Shown here: positions 17,904 to 26,476 of the stretch, piece by piece
Numbering within the stretch: position 1 is the stretch's first letter
Layout: each line of letters opens with the position of its first letter
From: Gemmatimonadales bacterium
GTDB lineage: Bacteria > Gemmatimonadota > Gemmatimonadetes > Gemmatimonadales > JACORV01
NCBI GenBank assembly: GCA_035623755.1
Contig: DASPSV010000110.1
Coordinates: 1 to 61,422, forward strand
Direction of reading: 5' to 3'
Length of the DNA stretch: 61,422 nucleotides
The notes under the pieces: model-generated
The model's input: the letters and a program-made list of their open reading frames with translations, nothing else
Told to the model about the DNA's origin: nothing
The model's database searches: none
Made by a program: the position numbers and the translations under genes

Positions 17904-19265
17904 ATGGCGCCGCCGCGCCCGGTCGCACGACCGGCGCCGAAGGCGGCCTCCACCACCTCGGACCGGAAGAACGGGGCGCTGCTGTTCCTGTACTTCATGT
18001 GGGCCCTCAACGTCTTCGGCCCGCAGTGGCTCATCGCCAGCTTCGGGCCCCAGGTCGTCCTCAAGATCCCCACGCTGCTGTTCGGCGTGCTGCTGGTGGT
18101 GACCATCATGCGGGGCCCGCGCCGGCTGCTCATGCCGCTGCTGGTGTTCCTGCTCTACACGCTGCTGGCGCTGCCCTTCGCCTACGTCCGCGGCCTGGCG
18201 CTCGAGGTGACCAAGGCGCTGATCGTCTACTACGTGGTCGCGCTGGCCACGATGACGCTGGTGAAGAACGCGCGGCAGGCCGTGCCGCTTCTGCTGATGG
18301 CGCTGGCGGTCCAGTTCGGCGTGTGGGTGCTGCTCGGGGCGCGGGGCGGGCAGATCCCGTGGCACCCCGCGTACTTCAACTACGACAGCTTCGGGCCGCT
18401 GATGGTCCTGGGCCTGGCCGGCCTCTACTGGACCGCCATGGCCACGAAGAACAAGCGCTGGCGGATGGTGGCGTTCGCGCTCTGCGCGGGCTGCATCGTG
18501 GGCCTGGTGGTGTCGTTCGCCCGGGGCGCGGTGCTGTCCGCGGGCGTCGTGGCGGTGTGGCTGTGGTTCCGCTCGCCGCACAAGATCCGCACCTTCGCAC
18601 TCGGCGCGGGCGCGTTCGCGATCCTGGCGGTCGCGGCGCAGGTCTACAAGGGCGCCAAGTCCGCGGTCGAGTCCGGCAAGACGTCCACCGACTTCTGGAC
18701 CGAGATGGGCTCGAGCTTCGACCCCACCGAGGGCACGCGGACGGACCGGGAGGTCCTGTGGTCGCTGGCACGGCGGGAGTGGTCGGCCAACCCCGTCTTC
18801 GGGGTCGGGCCGAACTGCTTCGGCGCGTACGCGGCGGACCACTTCATGGCCGGCACCGTCGGCGGCCAGTATGACGAGAACCCCAAGACGCTGTGGGGCC
18901 GCGCGCTGCACAACACCTACTACCAGATCCTGTCGGAGTTCGGCGCGATCGGCTGCGCGATCTTCGTGTGGATGGTGTGGGACTTCTTCCGGCTCAACCG
19001 CAAGCTGCGGCACAAGCGGCGCATCGCGGCGTGGGCCGAGCGGAGCGGCGGCCAGCTCGACCTGAAGGCGCTGTCGTTCGGGCTGGAGGCCAGCATGGTG
19101 GGGTTCCTGCTCACCGCCTACTTCTACAACCAGATCTTCGACGTGCACTGGTTCTACACGCTGCTGACCCTCAACGCGCTGCTCGTGCACCTGACGCGGC
19201 CGGCCGGCGCCGCGGCCGCCGCCGCGCCGCAGCGCGGCGGCGTGGTGCTCGCCCGGGCCCGCTGA
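17904..19265 (+). CDS. wzy: O-antigen polymerase/ligase family membrane protein (Wzy-like)
   Basis: About 10 or more predicted TM helices. Wzy_C-like 'GRALHNTYYQILSEFGAIGCAIFVWMVW'. ATG at 17904 is chosen; the tracked ORF starts at TTG 17883. Confidence 0.75.
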   Translation: MAPPRPVARPAPKAASTTSDRKNGALLFLYFMWALNVFGPQWLIASFGPQVVLKIPTLLFGVLLVVTIMRGPRRLLMPLLVFLLYTLLALPFAYVRGLALEVTKALIVYYVVALATMTLVKNARQAVPLLLMALAVQFGVWVLLGARGGQIPWHPAYFNYDSFGPLMVLGLAGLYWTAMATKNKRWRMVAFALCAGCIVGLVVSFARGAVLSAGVVAVWLWFRSPHKIRTFALGAGAFAILAVAAQVYKGAKSAVESGKTSTDFWTEMGSSFDPTEGTRTDREVLWSLARREWSANPVFGVGPNCFGAYAADHFMAGTVGGQYDENPKTLWGRALHNTYYQILSEFGAIGCAIFVWMVWDFFRLNRKLRHKRRIAAWAERSGGQLDLKALSFGLEASMVGFLLTAYFYNQIFDVHWFYTLLTLNALLVHLTRPAGAAAAAAPQRGGVVLARAR

Positions 19266-19293
19266 CCGCGGGCCCCGCAGCCTCCCCGGACGG

Positions 19294-19452
19294 CTAGAAG
19301 ATCGTGTAGATGAACGGCGCCAGGGCCGAGCCCTGCGCGAAGATCAGCAGTGCGCCCACCAGCAGCAGCACCACGATGATCGGCAGCAGCCACCACTTCT
19401 TGCGGACCTTCATGAAGGCCCACAGCTCGCCCATCAGCCCGCGCTTGGCCAT
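19294..19452 (-). CDS. Small membrane protein, DUF5989/SxtK-like (52 aa, absent from the supplied ORF track)
   Basis: My own translation of the minus strand is MAKRGLMGELWAFMKVRKKWWLLPIIVVLLLVGALLIFAQGSALAPFIYTIF*. ATG 19452, TAG 19296-19294. It starts 9 nt after the SxtJ-like stop, and AGGA overlaps that stop. The sequence matches the small protein that accompanies carbamoyltransferase/SxtJ pairs. Confidence 0.75.
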   Translation of the reverse strand: MAKRGLMGELWAFMKVRKKWWLLPIIVVLLLVGALLIFAQGSALAPFIYTIF

Positions 19453-19461
19453 GATCGGATC

Positions 19462-19866
19462 CTAGAATTGACGTTCGATGTCGGAGCGCCCGCCCGAGGC
19501 GGGCGCCGCCCAGAAGCTCCCGTCGTGCTCGGCGTGCACCATCGCCCGGCGCCCGAACAGCCGCATCAGCGCGCCGATCGGCGTCACGACGACGTAGAAC
19601 ACCACGCCCATGAACACCGGGGTCGTGACCTTCGAGATCAGCTTCGCCAGGCCCATCCAGGCCCGCTCCAGCGGCCCGAGCCGGGTGGGCACCAGGAGCG
19701 CCGCCAGCACCAGTACGGCGCCCACGGCGCCGAGGACCTCGCCGGTCACCACCCGGTGGCGCCAGAAGTAGGCCAGCGCCGCCAGCACCAGGAAGGCGAT
19801 GCCGACGGTGAGGCCGAACTTGCGGCCTTCCGCCGCCGTCAGTCGAGCTGGAATTCCTGCTTCCAA
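19462..19866 (-). CDS. SxtJ-like membrane protein
   Basis: Last 134 codons of tracked ORF 19462..21366(-). The TTG at 19866 is preceded by a perfect AAGGAG 8 nt upstream. It starts 28 nt inside the 3' end of the carbamoyltransferase gene. Two TM helices: 'GLTVGIAFLVLAALAYFW' and 'VLGAVGAVLVLAALLV'. Confidence 0.7.
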   Translation of the reverse strand: MEAGIPARLTAAEGRKFGLTVGIAFLVLAALAYFWRHRVVTGEVLGAVGAVLVLAALLVPTRLGPLERAWMGLAKLISKVTTPVFMGVVFYVVVTPIGALMRLFGRRAMVHAEHDGSFWAAPASGGRSDIERQF

Positions 19867-21671
19867 TTCTGCGTCTCCTTCCAGGCCGGCTGCTCCGCCT
19901 TGTGCAGCAGGTACGGGCCGAGCACCAGCGCGTCGATGTGGGTGCGCATGAAGCAGGTGTGCGCGTCCTTCGGCGTGCACACGATCGGCTCGCCGCGCAC
20001 GTTGAACGACGTGTTCACCACCACCGGGCACCCGGTGAGCTTCTCGAACTGCCCGATGAGGTCGTAGTAGTCGGGGTTGGTGTCGCGGCTCACGGTCTGC
20101 ACCCGGGCCGAGTAGTCGATGTGCGTCACCGCCGGGATGTCGGACCGCGGCTGGTTCAGCAGGTCGAGGCCCCACAGCTTCTTCTGGTCCACCGTCATCG
20201 GGATCTGCCGTTCCTTCTTGACCGGCGCCACCAGCAGCATGTAGGGCGAGTCGCAGTCCATCTCGAACCAGTCGCACACCCGCTCGCGCATCACGCTCGG
20301 CGCGAACGGCCGGAACCCCTCGCGGAACTTGATCTTGATGTTCATCTGCGCCTGCATCCGCGGGCTCCGCGGATCGCCCAGGATGCTGCGCGAGCCGAGC
20401 GCGCGCGGGCCGAACTCCATCCGCCCGTTGAACCAGCCGACGATCTTCTCGTCCGCCAGCAGCTTCGCCGTCGTCTCGAGCAGCGGCTGCCGCTCCAGCC
20501 GGTGGTACACCGCGCCCACCGACTTCAGGAACGCCTCGATCTCCGCGTCGGCGAACGACGGGCCGAGGTAGGCGCCGCGCATCGTGTCCTTGCCGGGCGT
20601 CACGTTCCGCGGCTGCTGGAAGTGGCGGTGCCAGATGAGCTGCGCCACCCCCAGCGCGCCGCCGGCGTCGCCGGCCGCGGGCTGGATCCACAGCCGCTTG
20701 AAGGGGCCGTCGCGCAGGATCTTCCCGTTCCCGACGCAGTTCAGCGCCACGCCGCCCGCGAGGCACAGGTTCTCCTGGCCCGTCGCCTGGTGGACGGTGC
20801 GCGCCATCTTCATCATCACGTCCTCGCACACGTCCTGCACCGAGCGCGCGAGGTCCATGTCCCGCTGCGACAGCTTGGTCTCCGGCACCCGCGGCGGCCC
20901 GCCGAACAGCTCGTGGAACCTGCCGTTGGTCATCGTCAGCCCGTCCAGGTAGCCGAAGTACTCCTGGTTCAGCCGGAACGAGCCGTCCTCCTTGAGGTCG
21001 ATCAGATGGTCGTAGATCAGCTGCACGTACTTGGGCTCGCCGTAGGGCGCGAGCCCCATGACCTTGTACTCGCCGGAGTTGACCTTGAAACCCGTGTAGT
21101 ACGTGAACGCCGAGTACAGCAGGCCGAGCGAGTCGGGCCAGAACAGCTCCTTCAGGAGCTCGATGTCGCTGCCCTTCCCGACGCCGAAGGAGGCCGTGGC
21201 CCACTCGCCCACGCCGTCCATCGTGAGCAGTGCCGCCTGCTCGAACGGCGAGGGGAAGAACGCGCTCGCCGCGTGCGACTCGTGGTGCTCGGCGAACAGC
21301 ATCTCGCCGTCGTAGCCCAGCTTCTGCCGCAGGTCCCGCTCGGTGAACAGCTTCTCCTTGATCCACAGCGGGCCCGCCATCAGGAACTGGCGGAAGCCGG
21401 CCGGCGCCGTGCCCAGGTACGTGTCCAGGATCCGCTCGAACTTCAGGATCGGCTTGTCGTAGAAGCCGACGGCCGTCAGGTCCTGCGCCGTGACGCCGCC
21501 CGCCTTGAGGCAGTACGCGACGGCGTTCGCCGGATAGCTCGCGTCGCCCTTCTTCCGGGTGAAGCGCTCCTCCTGGGCGGCCGCGACGATCTCGCCGTCC
21601 CGGAGCAGGCAGGCGGCGCTATCGTGGTAGTACGCGGAAATGCCGAGTATCAGCTTCGAGTTCGTGGCCAC
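19839..21671 (-). CDS. Carbamoyltransferase (NodU/CmcH/SxtI family)
   Basis: 'LILGISAYYHDSAACLLRDGEIVAAAQEERFTRKK' N-terminal ASKHA-like domain. 'GGVALNCVGNG'. C-terminal YrdC-like/carbamoyl-AMP domain 'VNTSFNVRGEPIV'. GTG at 21671 is chosen (GAGG upstream); the tracked ORF starts at TTG 21686. Confidence 0.9.
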   Translation of the reverse strand: MATNSKLILGISAYYHDSAACLLRDGEIVAAAQEERFTRKKGDASYPANAVAYCLKAGGVTAQDLTAVGFYDKPILKFERILDTYLGTAPAGFRQFLMAGPLWIKEKLFTERDLRQKLGYDGEMLFAEHHESHAASAFFPSPFEQAALLTMDGVGEWATASFGVGKGSDIELLKELFWPDSLGLLYSAFTYYTGFKVNSGEYKVMGLAPYGEPKYVQLIYDHLIDLKEDGSFRLNQEYFGYLDGLTMTNGRFHELFGGPPRVPETKLSQRDMDLARSVQDVCEDVMMKMARTVHQATGQENLCLAGGVALNCVGNGKILRDGPFKRLWIQPAAGDAGGALGVAQLIWHRHFQQPRNVTPGKDTMRGAYLGPSFADAEIEAFLKSVGAVYHRLERQPLLETTAKLLADEKIVGWFNGRMEFGPRALGSRSILGDPRSPRMQAQMNIKIKFREGFRPFAPSVMRERVCDWFEMDCDSPYMLLVAPVKKERQIPMTVDQKKLWGLDLLNQPRSDIPAVTHIDYSARVQTVSRDTNPDYYDLIGQFEKLTGCPVVVNTSFNVRGEPIVCTPKDAHTCFMRTHIDALVLGPYLLHKAEQPAWKETQNWKQEFQLD

Positions 21672-21853
21672 GCAGCCTCGTCGCAATTAGACCGGTATGT
21701 GGGATGAGCAAGAAGTGCGCGCACGAGCCGGGCCGCGCGCCAAGTAACGTAAGTTGGCCCCGCTCGCCGGACTACGGCCCTCCAGGCCCCACCCGCGGTG
21801 AACACCGCTGCCGCACTGTTGCGGACATGCAACACGCCATGCGCCGCACCCAT

Positions 21854-24211
21854 CTACTTGCCGTCGCCGGGCACCAGGACCTCGGACATCCGCCGCGACA
21901 GCGCCTCGTAATCGATGGGCTCGCGCGCGCCCGGCGCCGCCGCCCCGCCCACCCCCCCAGGGCCCCGCCACAGGGCCTCGAACAGGTCGGCGAGGGCCTG
22001 TTCGTCACCCGGATCCACCACGTAGGCTCCCAGCCTCCGCGCCTCCGCCGCCGAGGCGCTGTCGGCCTCCGTGAGCACGACCGTCGGCACGCGCATGGCC
22101 ACCAGCTCGTACAGCTTGGCCGGGATCATCACCTTCTGGTCCTGGGCGAGGACGATCGACGCCGACGAGGCGGCCGCCAGGCGCAGCGCCTCGGCGCGCG
22201 TCACGACGCCCGCCAGGTGGACGTACGCCTCGAGCCCGGCGGCGTGCGTCTGGGCCCGCAGGTCCGCCAGCCGTCCCTCGTCGAGATGACCGGCGACGCG
22301 AACGCGGGCCTCCTCCGGGCCGGTCCCCGGGTGGCGGTCGAGCACGGCGCGGAACGCCCGCAGCACGGGGCCGAGGTTGCGCCGGATGTAGAGCGTGCCG
22401 GCGTGCACGACCGTGAGGCCCGGCTCCCGCGCGGCGTCCACCCTGGGGAGCTGCTCGAGATCCACGCCGTTGCGGACCCAGGTGGCGCGCCGCGACGGGA
22501 ACCGCGCGGCGATGGCGGCGGCCAGCTCGGGGGTGTTGGCGATCGCCTCGCGGGCGACGGCGAACACGCGCCGCTCCAGGCGGCGGGCGAGGGCGCGCGC
22601 GATCCGGGACGCGTACAGCTCGGTGAACCACGGATCGCGGAAGTCCACCACCAGCGGCACGCCGAGCGCCGCGCAGGCGCGGGCAGCGACGACGTGCGCC
22701 GTGTGCGGGGGCCCGCTCGAGACCACCACGTCGGGCTCGAAGCGCGCGAGGAGCGCGCGCGCCTCGCGGGTCGCGCGCCGCATCCAGCCGCGGCTCTGGT
22801 CCGGGAACCCCAGCAGGGACGCGAGCCGGCGCCGCAGGCTCGGCGAGGCCGGCACCATCGTGCCGTCGCCGCCCTGCGGTGCGGTCGGAGCCGCGGCGCC
22901 GCGCCGCAGGAACTTCCGTGCGGACCGCGCGAGCCGGTTGTAGAGGTCGTTCAGCGTGGCGCGCCGCGGACACACGTGCACCTGAACGCCGCCCGCGAGC
23001 CCCGGCTCGGTGGCCGTCGAGCCGGTGAGGACGTGCACCTCCCAGCCCTGCCGCACCAGGTACTTGGAGAAGCCCGCCCACCGGAGCCCGCCGACGGCCC
23101 CGTCGGGCGGATAGTGGTAGCTGACGACCAGGAGCCGCTTCGGGCGGCGCACCGCGATCGGCGCCGCTCGCACGGGGGCAGGCGAGGATCCCGCCGTCGC
23201 GCTCGGCGCCGAGCCCGCGCCGGGCGCCGGGGCCGCGCTGCCGTGGAGTCTCCCCGCTTCGCCGACGGTCGCGAAGGTCACAGGGTACCGCCGCGCGAGC
23301 CCGTCCACGAGCCGCTCGATCCACGCGAGCAGGCGCTCCACGTCACGGCGCGAGCCGGCGAAGGGCGAGAGCCCGGGCCGCAGCGTGGGGCTGTGCAGCG
23401 TGATCTGGAGGTGCGAGACGCCGTGCGCGACCAGCTGCCGCGCCAGTCGGAGGCCGTCCGACGTCGAGCTGATCTCGGGACTCAGCACCACCTTCTGCAG
23501 GAGCCCGAGGCGCGCGGCGACGCCGGCGAGGCGCAGCCGCCGCAGCCACGAGCCGGTCAGCGCGCCGTGCACGGCGGCCCAGCGATCGAACGGCCAGCGG
23601 GTGAAGCCGCACGAGAGCGGGACCTCGACGAGCGGACCGCCGCTCACGGCCGTGCGCGGGTCGGTGGTGCCGTCGAGCGCGTACATCGAGAGCGGGGCCC
23701 CCGTGAAGTCGGCGCCGCCGTCCGAGTCCGTCCAGTCGATCCACGGCGTCACCGAGCTGTCCACCCGGTAGCCGGCCTCGATCAACCGCTGCGTCGTCTC
23801 CCGTCCCAGGCCGTAGCGGCCGGCCCGGAACGAGGTCGGGCGCACGCCCGTCGCCTGCTCGAGGGCCCGGGTGAGCGTCGCGAGCTTCGCGCCCTGCAGC
23901 GCCGGCGGGAGGTTCTTCGTCATCGAGTTGCGCGCGACGAACTCCTCGTCCAGGGGCGGCGTGTTCCACGGGTGGAGGTGCGCGCCGACTTCCGCGAGCC
24001 CGCCGGCGACGAGGTCCCGCAGGATCCCGGCCGCCCACGGCACGCGCGCCACCTCGCAGGTCGTGAAATACGTGGGCCGGAGACCGATCCGCTCGCAGTG
24101 CGCCTGGAACCGCGGCAGCTCCCGGATGTTGTCCACCGTCACGCCGGAGCGCGCGCGTCCCCAGTTGTCCTCCTCGGTGTCCACCGAGAGCAGCACGACG
24201 GTGCCGGCCAT
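21854..24211 (-). CDS. Bifunctional fusion: WalW/WbmS-like polysaccharide deacetylase (N-terminal) and GT4-like glycosyltransferase (C-terminal)
   Basis: 785 aa. N-terminal 'VLLSVDTEEDNWG...GAHLHPWNTPP...FRAGRYG'. Ala/Pro/Ser linker at about aa 323-357 (nt about 23141-23245). C-terminal 'LLVVSYHYPPDGAVGGLRWAGFSKYL...VVSSGPPHTAH...VVHAGTLY...'. The ATG at 24211 shares one base with the upstream TGA (TGATG). Confidence 0.8.
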   Translation of the reverse strand: MAGTVVLLSVDTEEDNWGRARSGVTVDNIRELPRFQAHCERIGLRPTYFTTCEVARVPWAAGILRDLVAGGLAEVGAHLHPWNTPPLDEEFVARNSMTKNLPPALQGAKLATLTRALEQATGVRPTSFRAGRYGLGRETTQRLIEAGYRVDSSVTPWIDWTDSDGGADFTGAPLSMYALDGTTDPRTAVSGGPLVEVPLSCGFTRWPFDRWAAVHGALTGSWLRRLRLAGVAARLGLLQKVVLSPEISSTSDGLRLARQLVAHGVSHLQITLHSPTLRPGLSPFAGSRRDVERLLAWIERLVDGLARRYPVTFATVGEAGRLHGSAAPAPGAGSAPSATAGSSPAPVRAAPIAVRRPKRLLVVSYHYPPDGAVGGLRWAGFSKYLVRQGWEVHVLTGSTATEPGLAGGVQVHVCPRRATLNDLYNRLARSARKFLRRGAAAPTAPQGGDGTMVPASPSLRRRLASLLGFPDQSRGWMRRATREARALLARFEPDVVVSSGPPHTAHVVAARACAALGVPLVVDFRDPWFTELYASRIARALARRLERRVFAVAREAIANTPELAAAIAARFPSRRATWVRNGVDLEQLPRVDAAREPGLTVVHAGTLYIRRNLGPVLRAFRAVLDRHPGTGPEEARVRVAGHLDEGRLADLRAQTHAAGLEAYVHLAGVVTRAEALRLAAASSASIVLAQDQKVMIPAKLYELVAMRVPTVVLTEADSASAAEARRLGAYVVDPGDEQALADLFEALWRGPGGVGGAAAPGAREPIDYEALSRRMSEVLVPGDGK

Positions 24212-24849
24212 CAGCGCCCCGCAGCCGCGGCCGGCCCCGGCCGCGATCCGCCCACCTTCGCCACCTTGTAGGTGATCCAGCTCGCACCGGTGTGGTACAG
24301 CAGCCCGATCGTCTCCAGCCGGAACCGGAACTCGACCCGCCGCGCCGCGAGCGCGCGCTTCGCCTCCGCCACGTCCGCGTCGGACAATCCGTAGCCCAGG
24401 GTCGCGTGGAAGCGGTAGCCCTCGCGCTCCAGCGCGTAGGGCGCGATGCCGAACCGCGTGCTGAGATCGCCGACGATGCGCAGCCGGAGCGCCTCGAGCC
24501 GGGGATCCGGCCGTACGTCCACGAACAGGATGCCCCCGGCGAACGCGTCGATGCCGCCCATCACGACGTCGAACGGCCCGGTCGCGGCCGCAATTTCGTC
24601 GAGGTAGCGCACCATCGGCTCGAGGGCCTGCGCTTCGAAGCCCTGCTTGAGCGTGATGTGCGGGTCCTCGTCGAGCGCCGGCGTGCCGGACCGGCCGCCC
24701 CCCCGCAGGCCCACCTGGACCTCGCGCATGAAGTTGCGGGCCTCGTCGGGAACCGGAACGACGAACGCGACCCGCAGCGCCGCGGGCCGCTTCCCCGCCC
24801 CGCCGAGCAGGGCGGCGAGACGGCGGAGGCTAGGCGCCACGCCTGCCAC
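24211..24849 (-). CDS. 2H phosphoesterase superfamily protein (LigT / 2'-5' RNA ligase-like)
   Basis: Two H-x-T-x motifs, 'PHITLKQ' and 'FHATLGY', at the spacing typical of 2H enzymes. GTG start at 24849, 12 nt after the upstream stop. Confidence 0.7.
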   Translation of the reverse strand: MAGVAPSLRRLAALLGGAGKRPAALRVAFVVPVPDEARNFMREVQVGLRGGGRSGTPALDEDPHITLKQGFEAQALEPMVRYLDEIAAATGPFDVVMGGIDAFAGGILFVDVRPDPRLEALRLRIVGDLSTRFGIAPYALEREGYRFHATLGYGLSDADVAEAKRALAARRVEFRFRLETIGLLYHTGASWITYKVAKVGGSRPGPAAAAGR

Positions 24850-24861
24850 CGGCGGCCGCCA

Positions 24862-26457
24862 TCAGCGCTCCAGGCTCGTCGCGGACCCGGCGAGGCCGAG
24901 CAGCCGCTTGGCCAGCTGCTTGACGGGCCTGGGCACGAGCCGCACGAGGTGCATTCCGTCGAGCGTCCGGCGCAGGAGCGCCTCGGCGCCGACCTGCGGC
25001 CGCGCGTTGATCGGCACCGCCAGCGTCTCCGGCCACATCCGGCGGATCATGCCGCGGAACAGGTAGTAGGTGGGCTCCTCCCGGTAGCGCACCGGCACCG
25101 CGAGCAGCGTCTCCAGCAGGCTGCGGCAGTTCATCGGGGCGAAGGCGTCCCGCGCGACGTCCAGCTCGGAGAGGAGCATGGACTGCAGCCGGCCCGCCTC
25201 CTGCTCCCAGCCGAACAGGTGCCGGAGCGACACGTTGCGGCGCGCGGCGCGCGCGCCCTCGAGCCACTCGCCGAACGCCCGGAGCACGAACGGGTGCGGC
25301 GGCAGCCGCGACGCGTCCGCCAGGTCGCGCGGCGTGACGCCGGGGCCGTCGAGGCGGCGCATCGCCCAGTCGAACCGCGGAATCTCGCCCGCGTCGCCCG
25401 AGACGATCACGCCTTCGGCCGGGGTGTCCTCGAGCAGGGCCTGCACGGCGGCGCAGTTCGGCGGGTACCCCGGGACGATGTTGCGCCGGTAGACCGCGGC
25501 GAAGCCCTCGTCCACCGCGTCCTTGCGGTCGATGATCGCGTGCTCGAGCCCCAGCCGCGCCATCAGCTGCGTGGGCGCGGTGACGTCCGGGTCGTCGCGG
25601 GGCTTGTCGCCGAAGAGGAGCGAATAGTAGAAGAGGCGGCCGGCCATCGCGCGCGTGCTCGCGAGCGCCATCCGGCTGTCCCATCCGGCGGTCATGGCGA
25701 GCATGAGCGGGAAGCGCCGGTCCGCGGCCGCCGAGAGCGCGGCCAGCGTGCGCGCGCCCTCGGCGATCGCCGCCCGGCGGGTCGTCGCCGGCAGGTCCGC
25801 GTCGGGCCAGTAGCGGGTCGCCCGGCCGGAGCAGAGGTCGAGGACGTGGTTCGGCAGCAGGGCCCTGATGCCGGCGAACGGGGTGGTGTCGCCCGGGAAC
25901 CAGACCATGCCGGCGTGCCGGCCGGGCTCGATCGCGGCGAGGAAGGCGGACGCGTCCGGATCCCTCGGCGCGCCGAAGACTTCGGCCAGGAGACCCGGCT
26001 GGGACGCGCACCACGGCTCGCCCGGCTTCGCGCCCACCGCGTACGCCACCTGGCGCAGGCCCCCCGCGTCGGCGAACAGGATGCTCCGGGCGCCGTCGTT
26101 CACGATCAGGACCCAGCGGCCGCCGAGCGGAGCCGTCGCGCGCAGGAGGTCGTCGCCGGCGACGAGCCGGTCGAGCAGGGCGGCGACGATCTCGGCGTCG
26201 CCCGCCGCGGGGCGCGCCGGGTCGAGCACGTACCCGAGCAGCACGATCGAGCGCCCGCCCTTGGCGGCGCGGGTGACGGCGAGATCGGGATGGACGGTGA
26301 GGTGGAGGCCGCGGTCGAGGGCGAGGCTCTGCCACGTCGGGAACCCCTCGACGGCGCGCGGGCCGAGCACGAACTGGCGCCGGTAGAGCAGCCGCTCCGT
26401 GGTCGCCCGGTCGTACGTCACGGGACGGCGGGCGTTCGGATCGGGGGTGGGAGTCAT
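24862..26457 (-). CDS. Asparagine-synthetase-fold protein with a degenerate PP-loop (function unknown)
   Basis: Clean 531-aa ORF with a non-junk composition. It has no Cys2 nucleophile. 'LMLAMTAGWDSRMAL' sits where the SGGxDS PP-loop of AsnB/lasso-cyclase-type enzymes lies (about aa 250). ATG at 26457. Confidence 0.55.
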   Translation of the reverse strand: MTPTPDPNARRPVTYDRATTERLLYRRQFVLGPRAVEGFPTWQSLALDRGLHLTVHPDLAVTRAAKGGRSIVLLGYVLDPARPAAGDAEIVAALLDRLVAGDDLLRATAPLGGRWVLIVNDGARSILFADAGGLRQVAYAVGAKPGEPWCASQPGLLAEVFGAPRDPDASAFLAAIEPGRHAGMVWFPGDTTPFAGIRALLPNHVLDLCSGRATRYWPDADLPATTRRAAIAEGARTLAALSAAADRRFPLMLAMTAGWDSRMALASTRAMAGRLFYYSLLFGDKPRDDPDVTAPTQLMARLGLEHAIIDRKDAVDEGFAAVYRRNIVPGYPPNCAAVQALLEDTPAEGVIVSGDAGEIPRFDWAMRRLDGPGVTPRDLADASRLPPHPFVLRAFGEWLEGARAARRNVSLRHLFGWEQEAGRLQSMLLSELDVARDAFAPMNCRSLLETLLAVPVRYREEPTYYLFRGMIRRMWPETLAVPINARPQVGAEALLRRTLDGMHLVRLVPRPVKQLAKRLLGLAGSATSLER

Positions 26458-26476
26458 CCCGCCGCGACGCGCGGCC

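Noticed and set aside
21817-21834. Inverted repeat TGTTGC-ggacat-GCAACA in the 167-182 bp gap upstream of the carbamoyltransferase gene
   Set aside because: The arms are only 6 bp, with no U-tract and no second copy in the window. It could be an operator or a weak terminator, but chance cannot be excluded.
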